Shown here piece after piece: positions 1 through 14,128 of a DNA stretch of 64,000 nt. The translations under genes and the position numbers were made by a program. The notes beneath the pieces were generated by a model that was not told where the DNA came from, did not search any database, and worked only from the letters and a program-made list of their open reading frames with translations. The DNA lies in the NCBI RefSeq assembly GCF_009834535.1, contig NC_045696.1, positions 107,572,001 through 107,636,000 on the forward strand. The letters run 5' to 3'. The DNA comes from Camelus ferus (taxonomy: Eukaryota). How positions within the stretch are numbered: position 1 is the first letter of the stretch; every line of letters starts with the position of its first letter.

Positions 1-102
1 TTTTTCCTCTCTCTCCTGCTTCAGTTCCTCTACCTACTTCATTAGATAATTCTTGTCATTATATTAATATGCTATAACAGCTCTTACCTTTTAGAAACAC
101 TC

Positions 103-285
103 TGTATGGGCTCTTCAGAAACAGAACCATTGAGAGATATACTTAATTACTTGCTTACTTTCTTATTTACATTCATGTACACGTAAATAATAAATATAAA
201 TATATATATATATATATATATTTGGGGAGAGGAAGATTTATTTGACTGGATCACACGATTTGGGAGCTGGCAAATTTAAAATTCT
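103..285. mobile_element. MLT2-like (ERVL) LTR fragment with internal (TA)n
   Basis: ttcagaaacagaaccattgagagatatac ... gatttatttgactggatcacacgatttgggagctggcaa resembles the MLT2 terminal pattern (recall). (TA)n at about 201-221. Confidence 0.55.
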
Positions 286-287
286 AT

Positions 288-455
288 CTCTGCCAGTTAC
301 AGGCTGTGTAATTGTCAAGTCTGTTAGCCAACCTGTGCCTCCATTTTCTCTTAAGTGAAAAAGAAATAATAGTACTTACTTGATAGAATTGTGAGATATG
401 AATGAGTAAGTGTGTGTAAAGAGCTTGGAAGAGTGGCACATAGTAATAAATCATT
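288..455. mobile_element. MIR SINE
   Basis: MIR core-like ctgtgcctccattttctc...aataatagtacttacttgatagaattgtgag...aatgag...gtggcacatagtaa. Confidence 0.7.
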
Positions 456-3101
456 CATTCCTTCTTTTTTGCATAAATGGTAGCATAATATACAAACTGA
501 GAGGCATCTTGCTTGCTTTTTTTCCCCATCAACAAATATATTGGAGGACTTTTCAGCATATGAATCGTGCCTCATTTTTTTCTAGTGGCTGAATAGTTGC
601 CCATTGGATTGATGTGCCATCCAGCTTAATGACTCTAAAAACCATTATTTTAGATAATGGTATATATCTGTTAGCTGTCTCTACTTGGGTACCTAATAAG
701 CACAAGGCTTTCTAATTACTGTTGCCTTTTCTATTTCTCTTATTTCCTATATTGTCATACTCTTTTAGCTCTCCCTTCAAAATATACTTCACAACTGACT
801 TTCTATATGTTGCTACTACTTTAATTCAAGCTAGCACTGCTTTACTAAGTTGCTCGGGGCCAAAAACTTGAGAATCATCATTCTTAGTGTCATTTTATTG
901 TTAGATTCAACAGACATAAGATTATTTTGTCACATTGTTATATAAACTTCTAAAAAGTTACTTTCAAATTGTTGCTTTTAATGCACTGATAACAATCTAT
1001 TTGTGGTCAGTACATATTTGCAGAACATATTCTTAGTAGCACAGCACTAGAACAAGTTTGGCATTCTGTAGTCAACAGTTAAAATTTGGAGGCTAAATGA
1101 AGTATTATTCTCTTTGGTAGACAAGGATTAGTCACTTCAAAGTGCACATCATAGAATCCAGGCTGAATTCCTGTAAGATTATTAATTTATAAAATTCTAT
1201 TAGTAATACCAGTAAAATTTAATTAATGCTGACTCTAGTCAAGAATGAGTCTTTTTTCAGTGGACTCATTAGTCCCCATCACAATTTACAAATTGTGTCT
1301 ATCTCATTAAGTTAGAAGTCTCTCTTTCAATAGTTGTTTATTTGGTTATATGTTAGTATGTAAAGTGAAAATATCAGTGAAGTTTAAGCCATACAGATTC
1401 ATAAACATCTCAGTAAATACTGCTATATCATATCTTAATACTTTTCTGAAAATGTATTGATCATTTTGCATTTTTTTGTTTTAGTACGTTGATACATTTT
1501 GTTGTTTGTATATACCTATAATAGGAGGAGGGTCATTACATAATGACAGTTGGAGTTTGGAGTCTGGGTTTACAAGTGGATACTTAGCTGAAAACAAAAA
1601 CCACTAAGTTCAAGAAAATTTATATCTCAGCTTCAACTGGTGAATTCCAGCTAGGGATGGTGTTAATTTTAATGCTTGCCAACTCCTTGATCATCAAGTC
1701 ATTTTGTTTTAGAGATAGAGAAGTGTAAATTGAATTAAGCTCCATTTGGGTATGACTTTGTATGCTTAGGACAATCTCTTTTAAACTGTTTATCCCTGAC
1801 TTGGGCAATTTGAATGCCCCAGAGCCCTCCTGTCTTTTAGCTATTCTCCTTTTAAAAGTGCTTTTAACCTTCATATTCTACTGACAACATATAAAATAAA
1901 GTCAGGTCACTAGCCTGTATTTTGAAACATAAGATTTCTCAATTTGTTATATTTAGACACTGTGTCTCAGGAAAAGGGAAACATTTTCATTAAAAACATT
2001 TCTAACTGGTCACTAACTTAAATACATTTTATTGTTACAATTTTTGTCATGTATTTTGTTTTGAGGGCAGTAGCAGTCATTATTAACATGGATTTAACCA
2101 AAATGTAGACAGAGTTTCAGAATAATAAATTGTGTGTATAGATAGAGATACAGCATTTAGTATATATGTTGATGTATGTAATTAAAGGGAAATAGAGAAG
2201 TTTTAAAAGAAATGGGTGCCCATATTTAGTTACGGATGTATTTGCAAATGTTTGGATCAGTTCTTCTAAAACACTCATCAGTTCATTTTTTATAAATGAA
2301 CAATTTTTCTTTGCAGATAAATAAGGGGGGGAGATTATTTTACCAATACAAACTCTTACTTCTTTACCAGAATTCCCTACACTCTCAACCATCTCAGTGA
2401 AGAAAGTAAATATGAATAGACAGAAGTTCAAGGTTTATGTCATACTTGCTCCTCAGAGGACTTGAAACAAAAATTTGAAAGTAATAAGATTTAAAAATAC
2501 AGGTAAACATTTAAAAGTAAATTAACAGCGTTACTGGGGAGAATAGATCAATCTGAAGTTCATGGAATACATTTTTAATGAATTTAACGAGTTAGTTAGG
2601 TTTAGTTTGTTTTTCAGGAATCTGAGGTCATACCTAATTCACTGTGGTAAGGAACACAGGGAAAGGACCATCTTTGAGAGTAACAGTCATGAATTGATTG
2701 TAAACAGCTAAGACATCTTTGACACATCTAGGTAAAGGTGCAATTGTATATACAGAACTGATGGCCAGAAGAGAGGTCTAAAAGGTTTGATTAGTATGCC
2801 CTTACTAAGGTTTGTGTGTTTGAGGGTGAGGGAAAGGGGTTGTTGAAGGTACTACTTAAATCCTTCATGCTGATAAGTAGGATGAGATTGTAAGTGGGAG
2901 TGTTAATGAGCCTAGCTTATAAGAACACTGAGGCAGGGAAAATTATGTCACAGACAAAAATGATGAGTATATTTCTCTAAAATAATTTTCTTTTCATTTA
3001 AATTAAGCCTGCATTGTAAAACACAGAAATTGACTAATTTCCTTCCTTCATCTATTTCTGTTAGAAATTTGTAATCTTACGGATGAAGGTCTGATTTGTA
3101 G

Positions 3102-3440
<339 letters not shown>

Positions 3441-3914
3441 TGATTCCAGCTAGTGATTATCTGCTGTCTGATGGCAGAAGAGAATCACAGAACAGCTCTC
3501 CTTTTGAAAGAAGGTAGTCTGGGAGTTAGATAACTCAGAAAGATTATTATATTAGGCTTTGGTCTCAGAAGCACAATAAATACTAGCATCAGAACTAGGG
3601 GCCTTCAAAGCTGTATTTCCAGGAGAAAGCCAAAGGCTACGTGTTAGTAGATGTATGAGACATTTCCTGTGAATAAGATTGATCACATTTTTACAGTGGA
3701 ATGTTCAAAGTGATTTTTAACCTGGATTTTTAGTAGGTAGCATTTTTATTCATCCAAATGGAAATAAAATTTTAGGTCTACAATATTAGTCTGTATTTTA
3801 GCTTGGGAATAGAATAATGTCTCATTACTATTAATGTATTGCTGTCAACAAATAATGGGTTAGAACAGGCAATAAGAAGCAGCAAGCTTATGATTAAATC
3901 ATTGCCTTACTATA

Positions 3915-4234
3915 TTGCAAGTGCTAGGGCTGCTACAGCAAATACCACAAACTGATTTTGTTTAGAACAGAAATTTATTGTCTCCAATTCTGTAGGCTAG
4001 AAGTGGAAGATAACTCTAATCTTCACATGGCCTTCTCAGCTGTGTGTGTGTGTCTCTAAATTTCTCATTTTAAAGACATCAGTCATATGAGACTTGAGGC
4101 CCATCCTACTCCACTATGACCAAATCTTAACTAATTACATCTGCCACAATCCTATTTCCTAATAAGTCTTCTGATTATGGGAGGTTCAGACTTCAACATA
4201 TGAATTTTAGAGGAACACAGTTCAATACATAACA
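3915..4234. mobile_element. MLT1 (ERVL-MaLR) solo LTR, MLT1B/C-like
   Basis: gctagggctgct...aaataccacaaactg...aacagaaatttattgtctc and terminal gacttcaacatatgaatttt...acacagttcaatacataaca. Confidence 0.75.
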
Positions 4235-5131
4235 CATTCCATACTAGAAATAATTGTAAGTTTTGGAACTGTGCTTTAGAAAGTACTGCTAACCAAACTG
4301 GACACCTCTTATAACTTATTTAATTTTTTATATTACAGCAAAAGTATTTTTTAAAACTTATATTAAGTTGTAATAATTTGAATGACTTGCTGTAAAAGTA
4401 TTTCTAAATTTATTTCAGTAAAACCTGAAACAAAGCATACAGCAAAGGAGGAAGTCTGAAGGAATTTTATGTTCACGTTTGTGTATGCAGTAAAAGCAAA
4501 TATTTCACTGATTATTGTTACAGAACAAGTTATAACTTATAATAAGTGTCACCTAGAATGTAATTTTTTATCACTGCTTTGGTTCCTTTTGAGTAATGAG
4601 TAAACTTAAACTTTAACCCGATCAGTAGTATTGCCTGAAATTTGTATCTTTGCTATAGGATTTTATTTTGTTGCTGCATTTTACCACTAATGGCTAGGAT
4701 CTTTGCTGTCTTCTACTATACCTCCTATACTGAGAATTGGCCTGCAGTCAATTATGGACTAATCAGATGCAGAGTAATATTTGGATGCTTTAGGTGGAAT
4801 GGGGAATTTTGCAGTGGCAAATACGACAATCAAGGATGATTTGTTACCCCCCAAAAAAGGCAGAACCAATCAGGGGACCTGGTTTGGTCAGGATAAGCAT
4901 AGAAATTGAGGCCCATTCCCAAAACAGATGATATTTTGTGATAGGAATCTGGTCGCACTTTGCCACACCACTCCTTTTTATTCATTATGTAATATGTGTT
5001 GAGGGAGACAGAAAGAGGTTCTAAGCCCATGTAGTAAAACTATAGCAATAATGCAAGAATACTGGTCGTTTCAGATGTATGTTGCACAATACATGAGGAA
5101 AAGGATTGATAATTACCCAGAATGAAAATAA

Positions 5132-5302
<171 letters not shown>

Positions 5303-6675
5303 TAAGAATAGATATTACTTCTTCCTCAGATAGAAATTAAATCGTTGGGTCCTAGTTTTTCCTTATAGGGGTATTTTAAAGTACAAATTAAATTTCCTTA
5401 GTAGATATAAGGCTGTTAAGTTTTTCTTACAAGAAAATGTTACATTCATCTATGTTGAATTATTTTCAACAAATAGCATAAAGTTGTTCATAATATTGAT
5501 GGTTTCTTCTTTATCAGTGTGTCTATAACTAATCAATTGTATTTTTTTCCTTTAAAAATGAGATTTTGGTTCATTGAACTTCTCTTGTTTTTTCTGTTTT
5601 CAGCTTGATTATTGCTGTTTTCCTTACTATTTTCTTTCTTATGTTTGCTTTGGGTTTCCTTTCCCTGCCCTTTAGTTTCTCAAGGTGGAAACTGGGATCA
5701 TTAAGAGGCCTTACTTTTTTTCCTGCTATATAGTCTTACTCCTGTAAATTTATTTCTTAGCACTGTTATAACTATATCCCTTAAATTTGGATATGTTGTG
5801 TTTCCATTTTCATTTAGTTCAAAATACATTCTAATTTCCCTTTTGGCTTGTTTCTTTCGCCCATAGATTATTTATAAAAGTGTGATATTTATTTGCAAAT
5901 ATCTCAAAAGCTTCTATTATTGATTTCTAACTCAGTTTCATTGTAGTCAGTGGACATACTTTGAATGATCTGAATGCTTTTAAATTTATTGAGATTTGTT
6001 TTATGGCCCACACTATGTTCTATCTTAATAAATGTTCTGTTTTCTCAGGAAGAGAGTATGTGTTGTGCTATTGTTTTTATATCTTTAGGTCAAATTTGAT
6101 TGTTGGTTGTTTTAGTCTTTTTTACCTTTACCGATTTTCTGTCTGTTTATGCTAACAATTATTGAGAGGGATTTTGTAGGAGCCCTTTTTCTATTCTTGA
6201 TACAAGTGCATTATCAGATAAATTATTTGAGTATTTTTCCCAGCCTGTGGCTTTCTTTTCGTTTCCTTATTGATACCTTTTGAAGAGGTAAAATTTTCAA
6301 TTTGAATGAAGTAATTTATCAATTTTTCTTCGATAGTCATGCTTTTGATGTTCTGTCTGTGAACAATTTGCCTAATCCAAAGTTTTCTTCTTTGCTTTAT
6401 TCTAGAAGTTTAATCATTTAATTTTTTAAGTTAAGGTGCATGAGCCATTTTTAAGTTAATTTTTGTGTAGGTGCACTATAAGGATGTGAGGCCACCTTTG
6501 AATATAGGTGTTCATTTGTCCAATCACTGTTGGTGAAAGACTGTCCTTCTCCAACTGAATTGCTATGGTGTTTTTCTTGGAAATCAAATGACCATGAATG
6601 CAAAGTTTTATTTCTGGATTTTCTGATCTGTCCTTAAACCCATACCACCTGTATTGATTACAGTATCTTTAGAGT

Positions 6676-7082
6676 GGTTTTTTTTAAGCTTTATGAAGAT
6701 ATAATTGACATATAACATATGTAAGTTTAAGGGGTACAACAGAATCATTTGAAACACATGTATATTGTGAAATGATTACCACGATAAGGTTAGTTAAATA
6801 CCTCCATCACCTTATGTAATTACCTATTTTGTTTGTAGTGGTGGTAACACTTAAGATTTACTCTCTTAGCAACTTTCAACTATGTAATACAGTATCGTTA
6901 TAGTCATCATGCTGTATATTAGGTCCCCAGAACCTATTCATCTTAAAAGTAGAAGTTTGTGTTCTTTGACCAACATCTTCCCTTTTCCCCTACCCACCTC
7001 ATCTGGCAACCACCATTCTCTATTTCTATGAGTTTGGCTTTTTTAGAGTCTGTGTGTAAGGGAGAACATAGAGCATTTGTCT
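6676..7082 (-). mobile_element. Younger L1 3' end nested in the older L1
   Basis: Poly-T followed by gctttatgaagatataattgacatataacat (reverse L1 3' UTR). Flanking direct repeat tttagagt at 6668-6675 and 7083-7090. Confidence 0.75.
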
Positions 7083-9855
7083 TTTAGAGTAAGCTTTTAA
7101 AAGTAGTTAGCATTATGCCCCTTTACTTTGTTCTTTTTCAAAATTGTTGTGACTATTATAGATCCTTTGCATTTTGATATGAATTTTAGAATCAGCTTGT
7201 CAACTTTCATACAAAAGCTTGCTGGAATTTTGATGGAGAATATAATTAATCTGTACACCAATTTGGAGAGAATTGCCTTAATAATATTAAATCTTCCATT
7301 CTATGATTACAGGTTATATCTCCATTTATTTAGATGTTCTTTAATTTCTCTTAGCACTTTTTATGGTTTTCAGTGTACATCTTACACTACTTTTGTTAAA
7401 TTCATTTCTAAGTGTTTTCATTTTTTATGCCATTATAAATGGAATTGTTTTCTCAATTTTTGTTCTAGACTTTTCCTTATTAAGAAATAAAAATACATGT
7501 TTTATTATCCCTGCAAAATTACAAAATACTTTCATTAGTTCTGTAGTTTTGGAGTTTTATTTTGTTGTTGTAGATTCTTTAGGATTTCCTACATATAGGA
7601 TCATGACATCTATGAATAAAGACAGTTTTAATTCTTACTTTTTTTTTCTTAATGGCCTTATTGTGCTGGCTAGTCTCCAGTACAATATTGAATAAAAGTG
7701 ATGAGAGAGGACAGCTTTGCTTTTGTTGCCTGATCATAATGAGAAAATAATCAGTCTTTAAAATTAAGTATAATGTCATTAGCTTTAAGTTTTATGTTGG
7801 TACCCTTTAGTAGGATGAGGATATTCTCTTCTAACCTAGTTTTGTTAGGTGTTTTTTTATTGTGATTGATTGTTTGACTTTTTTTTTTTTTGTATCAGTT
7901 GTGATAAAAAAAATACAGCCTTTGTTCTTTATTAATATAGTGTATTATAGTCATTGATTTTCAGGTATCACACCTTGCATTCTGGGGAAAATTTCACATG
8001 GTCATGATATATACTTCTTTTTAGATGCTACTAAATTCAGTTTGCTAAATATTTTGTTAAGGATTTTTGTATCTACTTTCATTAGGAGTATTAATATGGG
8101 TAGTAGCCTTGTAGAATTAGGAAATGTTTCCTCCTGCTTATTTTTTGAAAGAGTTTATGGAAAATTGGTATTATATTTTCTTGATTAATTTGATAGAATT
8201 CACCAGGGAAGCCCTTTAAGCCTCAGTTTTTCTTTGTGTGAAGATTTTCATTTACTAATTAAATTTCTTATTATAGATCTGTTACAACACTCTATTCTTT
8301 GTTGATTCATTGTGGTAATTTGTGTCTTTCAGACATGTTTATTACATGTATATTGCAAATTTGATTGCATAACATTGTTCATGATATTTCCTTATAATCT
8401 TTTTTATTTCTGTAGGATTGGCAGTGATGTCTCCTTACACATTCTTGATTTTGTAATTTGTGTCTTCTCTTTTCTATCTTGGTCAGCCTAGCTAGAAGTT
8501 TATCAGGTATATTGATCTTTTCAAAGAATGAACTTTTGATTTCATTGACTTTATTTATGTATTTTTAAATTTCATTGATTTTTGCTTTAACCTTAATACT
8601 TCCTTACATTTGATTGTTTTAGTTTTAATTTACTTATCTTTTTCTAGTTTCTTACATTGGAAATTCAGATTGTTGATTTGTATATCCTCCTTCCTTTCTT
8701 ATCTGGCATTTTAAACTGTAAATTTTCCTCAAAGTACTGCTTTACACCATGTTTTGATACGTTGTATTTTAAATTTTACTCAGAACAAAGTATTTCCTTA
8801 CTTGTGATTTCTTCTTTGACTCATGGGTTATTAAGTTTTTTTTGTTTAATTCCCAAATATTTGGAGTTTTCTAAATTAATTTCTGTTCCTAATTTCTAAT
8901 TTAAGTCCACTGTGGTTAGTAAACATACTTTCTGTTATTTGAATCATTTATACTTAATAGGCCTTGTTTTTTCCTTAACCAATTTGGCTATTGAAAAAAA
9001 AATCCATATGCATATAAAGAGAATATATTCTGCTATTTTGTTACATTTTCCTCTTGTGTTGATCTTTTTGTCATTATGAAATGCCCTTTTCTTGTGTGAT
9101 TTTTTTTTTCTTAAAGACTTCTTTGCCTGATAATAATATACCTCTAGCTTTTTTATGGTTACTTTTTGTGTGATAGATTTTTTTTATCATCCTTTCACTT
9201 TCAGTCTATTTGTGTCTTTGAATATAAACTACGTCTCTTATTGGCAGACTAGAGTTGGATCTTACATGTTTTTATCTAGTTGAACAGTCTGTTATTTTCT
9301 TTATGGTTACTCTAGGGATTACAGTATGAAGCATAAGTTATCACAAACTGCATCATATTAGCATGACTAATTCACTAATATCTTTGCTCCAGTATAGCTC
9401 TGTTTTCTTGTTCTTCCTTTGCTACTATTATTGTTATGTATCTTTTATCTGTATTTGTTATTAACCATTATCAGTATATACAATCTTAGCTGATTTTTAG
9501 TGAAATTAAGACAATAAAAAAAATTCATGCTATCTTCTGTGTACCCTATCGTTAACATTTCCAGCATTCTTAATTTTTTTCTATGAATTAGAGTTATTGT
9601 ATAGAGTTACTTCCTTTCAGATTGAAGTATTTCTTTACTGCTTCTTATAAGGCAAGTTTGCTAGCAGTTTTTGTTTATCTGGAAATGTCATTATTTCTTA
9701 AAAGTTAGTTTTGCTGGTTATAGAATTCTTGGTCAACAGTTTTATTTTTCCTTGCAGCACTTTCAATGCCATTTTACCACCTACTGGACTTCATTGTTTC
9801 TGAATGAAAAATCAGTTGTCAGTCCTGCTGTTCCCCTGTATATTATGAGTCACTT

Positions 9856-10005
9856 TTTTTTCTTTCTTTGTCTTTTTTTTTTTTTTGAGTGAAAATAGAT
9901 TTATTTAGAGATATGTACATGGGGTGGGAGGTAGTAAATGTAAATGTAGATACACACTCCATAGACAGAATGCGGGCTGTCTCAGAAGGCAAGAGAGAGA
10001 GAGCC
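9856..10005 (-). mobile_element. Short polyadenylated retroposed insert, probably an ERV1-type LTR 3' end
   Basis: 11-bp TSD atgagtcactt at 9845-9855 and 10006-10016. T-tract about 9856-9886. Minus-strand AATAAA at 9900-9905. Confidence 0.65.
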
Positions 10006-10814
10006 ATGAGTCACTTATTTTGTAACTTTCATTCTTCTTTTTCTTTTCTTTGTTTTTTGGGTTTTGTTTTTTGTTCTTTGTTTTTTTTGCTTTCCCATTT
10101 TTCTTTGGCTTTCAACGGTTTGCTTTACATGTCTAGGTATGGACCTCTTTGTGTTTATCCTACTAAGATTTTGTTGACCTTCTTGGATCTCTAGATTAAT
10201 GTTTTTCATCAGATTTCAGAAGCTTTTAGCTTTTTAGCATTGATTCTTCAAGTTTTTTGTTTGTTTTGTTTTGTTTTGTTTTACCCATATCTCTGTTTAG
10301 ACTCCTTTTAAAGATATGCTGGTATACATAATACTGTTCTATAGATTTTTGGAGCTTGCTCACACACACATGCACACAAACACACTTCTCTTTTTTTTCT
10401 CCTTCATTGTTTTTAATCTCTGTTCTTTGGATAATTTCTATTTACCTGTCTTCAGGCTCAGTGTATGGCAGTTTCTGTTTTGTTTTTTTGCCAACTCAAA
10501 TATGCTGTTTAAACCATATGCTGAGTTTTTTATTTCTGTTCTTAAAATTTTCAGTTGGTCCTGTTTTTATAGTTGCTGTTTCTTTATAATAATGCACTGT
10601 TGTTTGAGTCAGTGTCATCTTCTCATCTAGTTCTTTGAATATAGTTTCTTTCAATCCATTATTGTATTTATGGGATCTGCTTTAAAAGCTTTGCAAAATT
10701 TAACAGCTGAGCCCACTCAGAGACAGTTTCTTCAGACTGTATCAATTTCTGAGTGTAGGTGTTCTCTTTTTCTTTGTTTATCAAATAATCTTTTGCTTAA
10801 AACTGTCCATTTTA

Positions 10815-11007
10815 GCTTCAGTGACTATCAAGACATTCTGAAGTGACTAAATTCCAGAAGTTATGTCCTTACACAGGCTGGAACTACTGTTAGTCAAAAA
10901 AAGTACCTCCTCAAAAAAAGTGACTTTTCTTTTTTTTTGGACAACAGGTACCTTCTCCTGAGAAGGAGGAGAAAGAAAAAGAGGCCAAAAAACAAAGCAA
11001 AACAAAT
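10815..11007 (+). other. Unidentified TSD-flanked retroposed insert (possible processed-transcript fragment)
   Basis: 14-bp direct repeat aactgtccatttta at 10801-10814 and 11008-11021, TT/AAAA immediately 5', and an A-rich tail at about 10987-11007. Confidence 0.6.
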
Positions 11008-13987
11008 AACTGTCCATTTTACAAAATATGGTGTAGCAAAGTTGGATTCTGATTTTTTTCCCCTGGAATTTGTCTTGTTGTTGGCTATTTTGTTTTTTAT
11101 AATTCACTTGGACTTAATCTCAGGAATTTATCTCTCCTGCTCTGTACAGCCACTATTTCTGCTCTGTGGCTTTTTGTCTTTTGCATAGATTTCAAAGGGG
11201 TTGCCTCTATGGCTACAGAATTTCATGGTCAACCAGTGGTTGTTCAGTCAGGATTTTTACCAGAGCACCGACACGGCTTCCCTCTTGGGACTTTTTGTTT
11301 GTTTGTACACAGCCTTCTTACCAGCCAGTGATATGTTAGAGAACTTTGTTTTCATTTTCTTCATGTTTCTTTTATTTCCTCCAGGCTCTCCTCTAGACTC
11401 TTGAATATAGATATTTTGTTGTAACTGTTTTAATGTTGTTTTTCTAGTTTTGTCATCTGCATCATTTCTGATTCTATTTGTTTTGATAGATTTTTTTTTC
11501 TCCTTATTATAGGTCATTTTCTTGCTTCTTTGAATGCCCGGCAATTGTTATTAGATGCCAGGCCCTGTGGGTTTTGTTTTGTGCTAGATAATATATATGT
11601 AGAATATTTGCCCACTTTTTCTAAGGGACATAATTATGTTTGATCCTTTCAAGACTTCTTTTTAAGATTTGTTTAGTAGACCAGGGCAGCATTTAGTCTT
11701 AGTATTTACCCCAATACTAAGATAATACCATTCTTTGTGCTTTTCTTGATGCCCTGTGAATTACAAGATTTTTCTGGTCTGGCTCATTGGAACACAAAGT
11801 ATTCCCAGCCCTTGTCTTTATTCCAGAGATTACTCTCTCTTCTCTTTCCATTCTTTCCCCAGTGTTAGGTGATTTGTTCACATGTACATGCTCTTTTGTA
11901 CTCAGCTGAAGAGTTGATAGGGTCTTTCTGCAGATTTCTAGAGTTCACTCTCTCTGTGCATCTCTGATACCATGCTTGTAAAATCTAGCCACCTTGTCCT
12001 CTTAGAGTCCCAGCTCCTTTTCCTCAAGTCAGGAACATCACCAGGTTCTGTCTAGGTTCCCTCCCCATCCTACTGCCTGGCAGGCAGCAATCTGGGACAA
12101 TCTTAAGGCTCACCCTGTAAGTTACCCCTCTCACAGATTACTGCCCTGTTCTGCCTGACATCCAGCATCTGAAAAGCATCATTTTATATATTTTATGCAG
12201 TTTTTTTAGTTTTTTTCAAGTGGGAGCTTCAGTCTTGTTCATCTTGGCTCAGCCATGCAGTCTTGTTTTTTAAACACCTTTGTAATAGTATGATTCCTGT
12301 ACAGTAAACTACATATTTCAGATGTTCAGCCATACAATCTTGAATGCAGAATCCATATAATTTTTTATTTTACCTCAATATTCAACACCAAAATAACATA
12401 GCCTGTATTTTAGTGAGTCACCCTTTTTGAGTCTTGCCAAAGCTTTCAACCTATTGTTCTCATAGAAACAACAGTCCTTTAATTTCCTACTGTTACCTTA
12501 TTGATTTTTTTAATCAGACCTTGCACAAACTAGCATTGGATCTGTCACAGCTTACTTTTGATACATTAAAATTTCACTTGCTCTAAGTAGGACTGAAAAT
12601 AAAGGTGAGAGTAAGACCTGCCTGCCAAAGTGATCAGCGTACCATGGATACCAATTGTTGATTTTCCAGAAATATCACTTAATTCACTTTATTGATTAAA
12701 GGAAAATGTTACTGCATGTACATAGTAGAAATAGAAGGTGCTGTCCAGAGATGACACTATCAGTTAACACTTTGTCTCATCTGTCACCCCAGCATCAAAC
12801 AAAAATTGAAAATTAATCTGTACATCAGTAGATTCAACTACTAGTTCATAGGAAATACAGAAAATAGAAGAGTGTTGTCTGACTGAATCCTCATCATTTA
12901 AGTCCAGAATGTGGGAAATTGTATAGAACAGATGACCCAGTTTATTCAATAATTAAATGGCACATAATATGAACAAGTGGATGTAAAAACACAAATTTAA
13001 AATACTGGATATGAAAATATCTTCATGGATATATATTTAGTGAATAAAATACACTTTAGACTGTTGAAGAGGCAGTTAGTGAATTGGAATATAATACTGC
13101 AAAATTTACCTAGGCATAGAAGATAATAAAATGACATTTCTGATATGTGAGGGATTGTTTGAAAGACTTCATAAGTCCTTTACATAGGATTTCAAAAGAA
13201 AAGACAAGTATTGAAAAGAAGAATTCATGAGAGAACTGAAGTTTTATAAAATTGGTTAAAAAAATAGAATGTTCAGATTGTAAAGACTTAATGATTGTTG
13301 AGTAGGTTAAGAAAAATGTTTCATATCTAGACATACCATAGTCAAAGTGCAGAGTATCAGAGACCATGAGAAAGTCTCTCAAAAGCAATAAAAAAAGGAG
13401 ACACTATTTGTTTAGTGATAGGAAAATAATTTGAAAATTATTAGTTCCTATTAAGAACTAAACTTAATGAAAGTAGTGACAACAGGAAAAATTTCAACAG
13501 TTTGGAGAAGATGAAAAATGAATTATCTTTTATTTTCTAGTTGAATTTTTCATCTTTAGACTACCGTGAAACAATTCAGAATCATGTTTTCAGAGCTATT
13601 CTTATATAATATAATGATATAATTTATTCTGAGTAAACTGTCATTCTTTTATTTTAATCTTCTTACTTCCTAACATTTCATCTTGGACCTAACCTATGGG
13701 TCAGGTTGATAGTTAGAATGTGAATATAAATTAAATATATTTTTATTTGAAAGTTAATATATCCTTGACATTCAGTTTTTAATGCTACTTATGCCTAAAC
13801 TTCTGTTAATGGTAAAATATTAATGAGTAATGCAGGTTAGACGATAGCTATGTCACCTGCTCTGTATGAGACACTCAGTGATATAATTCCTTGTTACGTA
13901 TTTTGTCGCTATTTTCACTAACTGATAATGCAATGAAAGAGATGAAAAATATTTCCAATTTTATAAACTTACTACATTTAAAAAAAA

Positions 13988-14128
13988 TTTTTTATTGCGT
14001 TATAGTCATTTTACAATTTTGTGTCAAATTCCAGTGTAGAGCAAAATTTTTCAGTTATACATGAACATATATATATTCATTGTCACATTTTTTTTGCCGT
14101 GAGCTGCCATAAGATCTTGTATATATTT
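13988..14128 (-). mobile_element. Short young L1 3' terminal fragment
   Basis: tttttattgcgttatagtcattttacaattttgtgtcaaattccagtgtagagc... is a reverse-complement L1 3' UTR end related to the one at 32000-32100. Confidence 0.7.

Larger units (their letters stand above)
5440..12240 (-). mobile_element. Composite of old, degraded antisense L1 copies (ORF2, ORF1 and 5' region) carrying nested insertions
   Basis: The T-rich plus strand has L1 antisense motifs (ttgtgactattatagatcctttgcattttgatatgaattttagaatcagcttgtc). Minus-strand ORF 10015-10209 gives the ORF1-like EIQEGQQNLSRINTKRSIPRHV. Segment 5440-6170 resembles about 8350-9000, which implies at least two copies. Confidence 0.8.

Noticed and set aside
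10847..11107. Minus-strand ORF with KKRKVTFFEEV, reminiscent of a PP1-binding RVxF motif as in PPP1R15B
   Set aside because: The similarity is limited to about 10 residues built from homopolymer runs, the flanks do not match, and the insert's A-tail points to the opposite strand.
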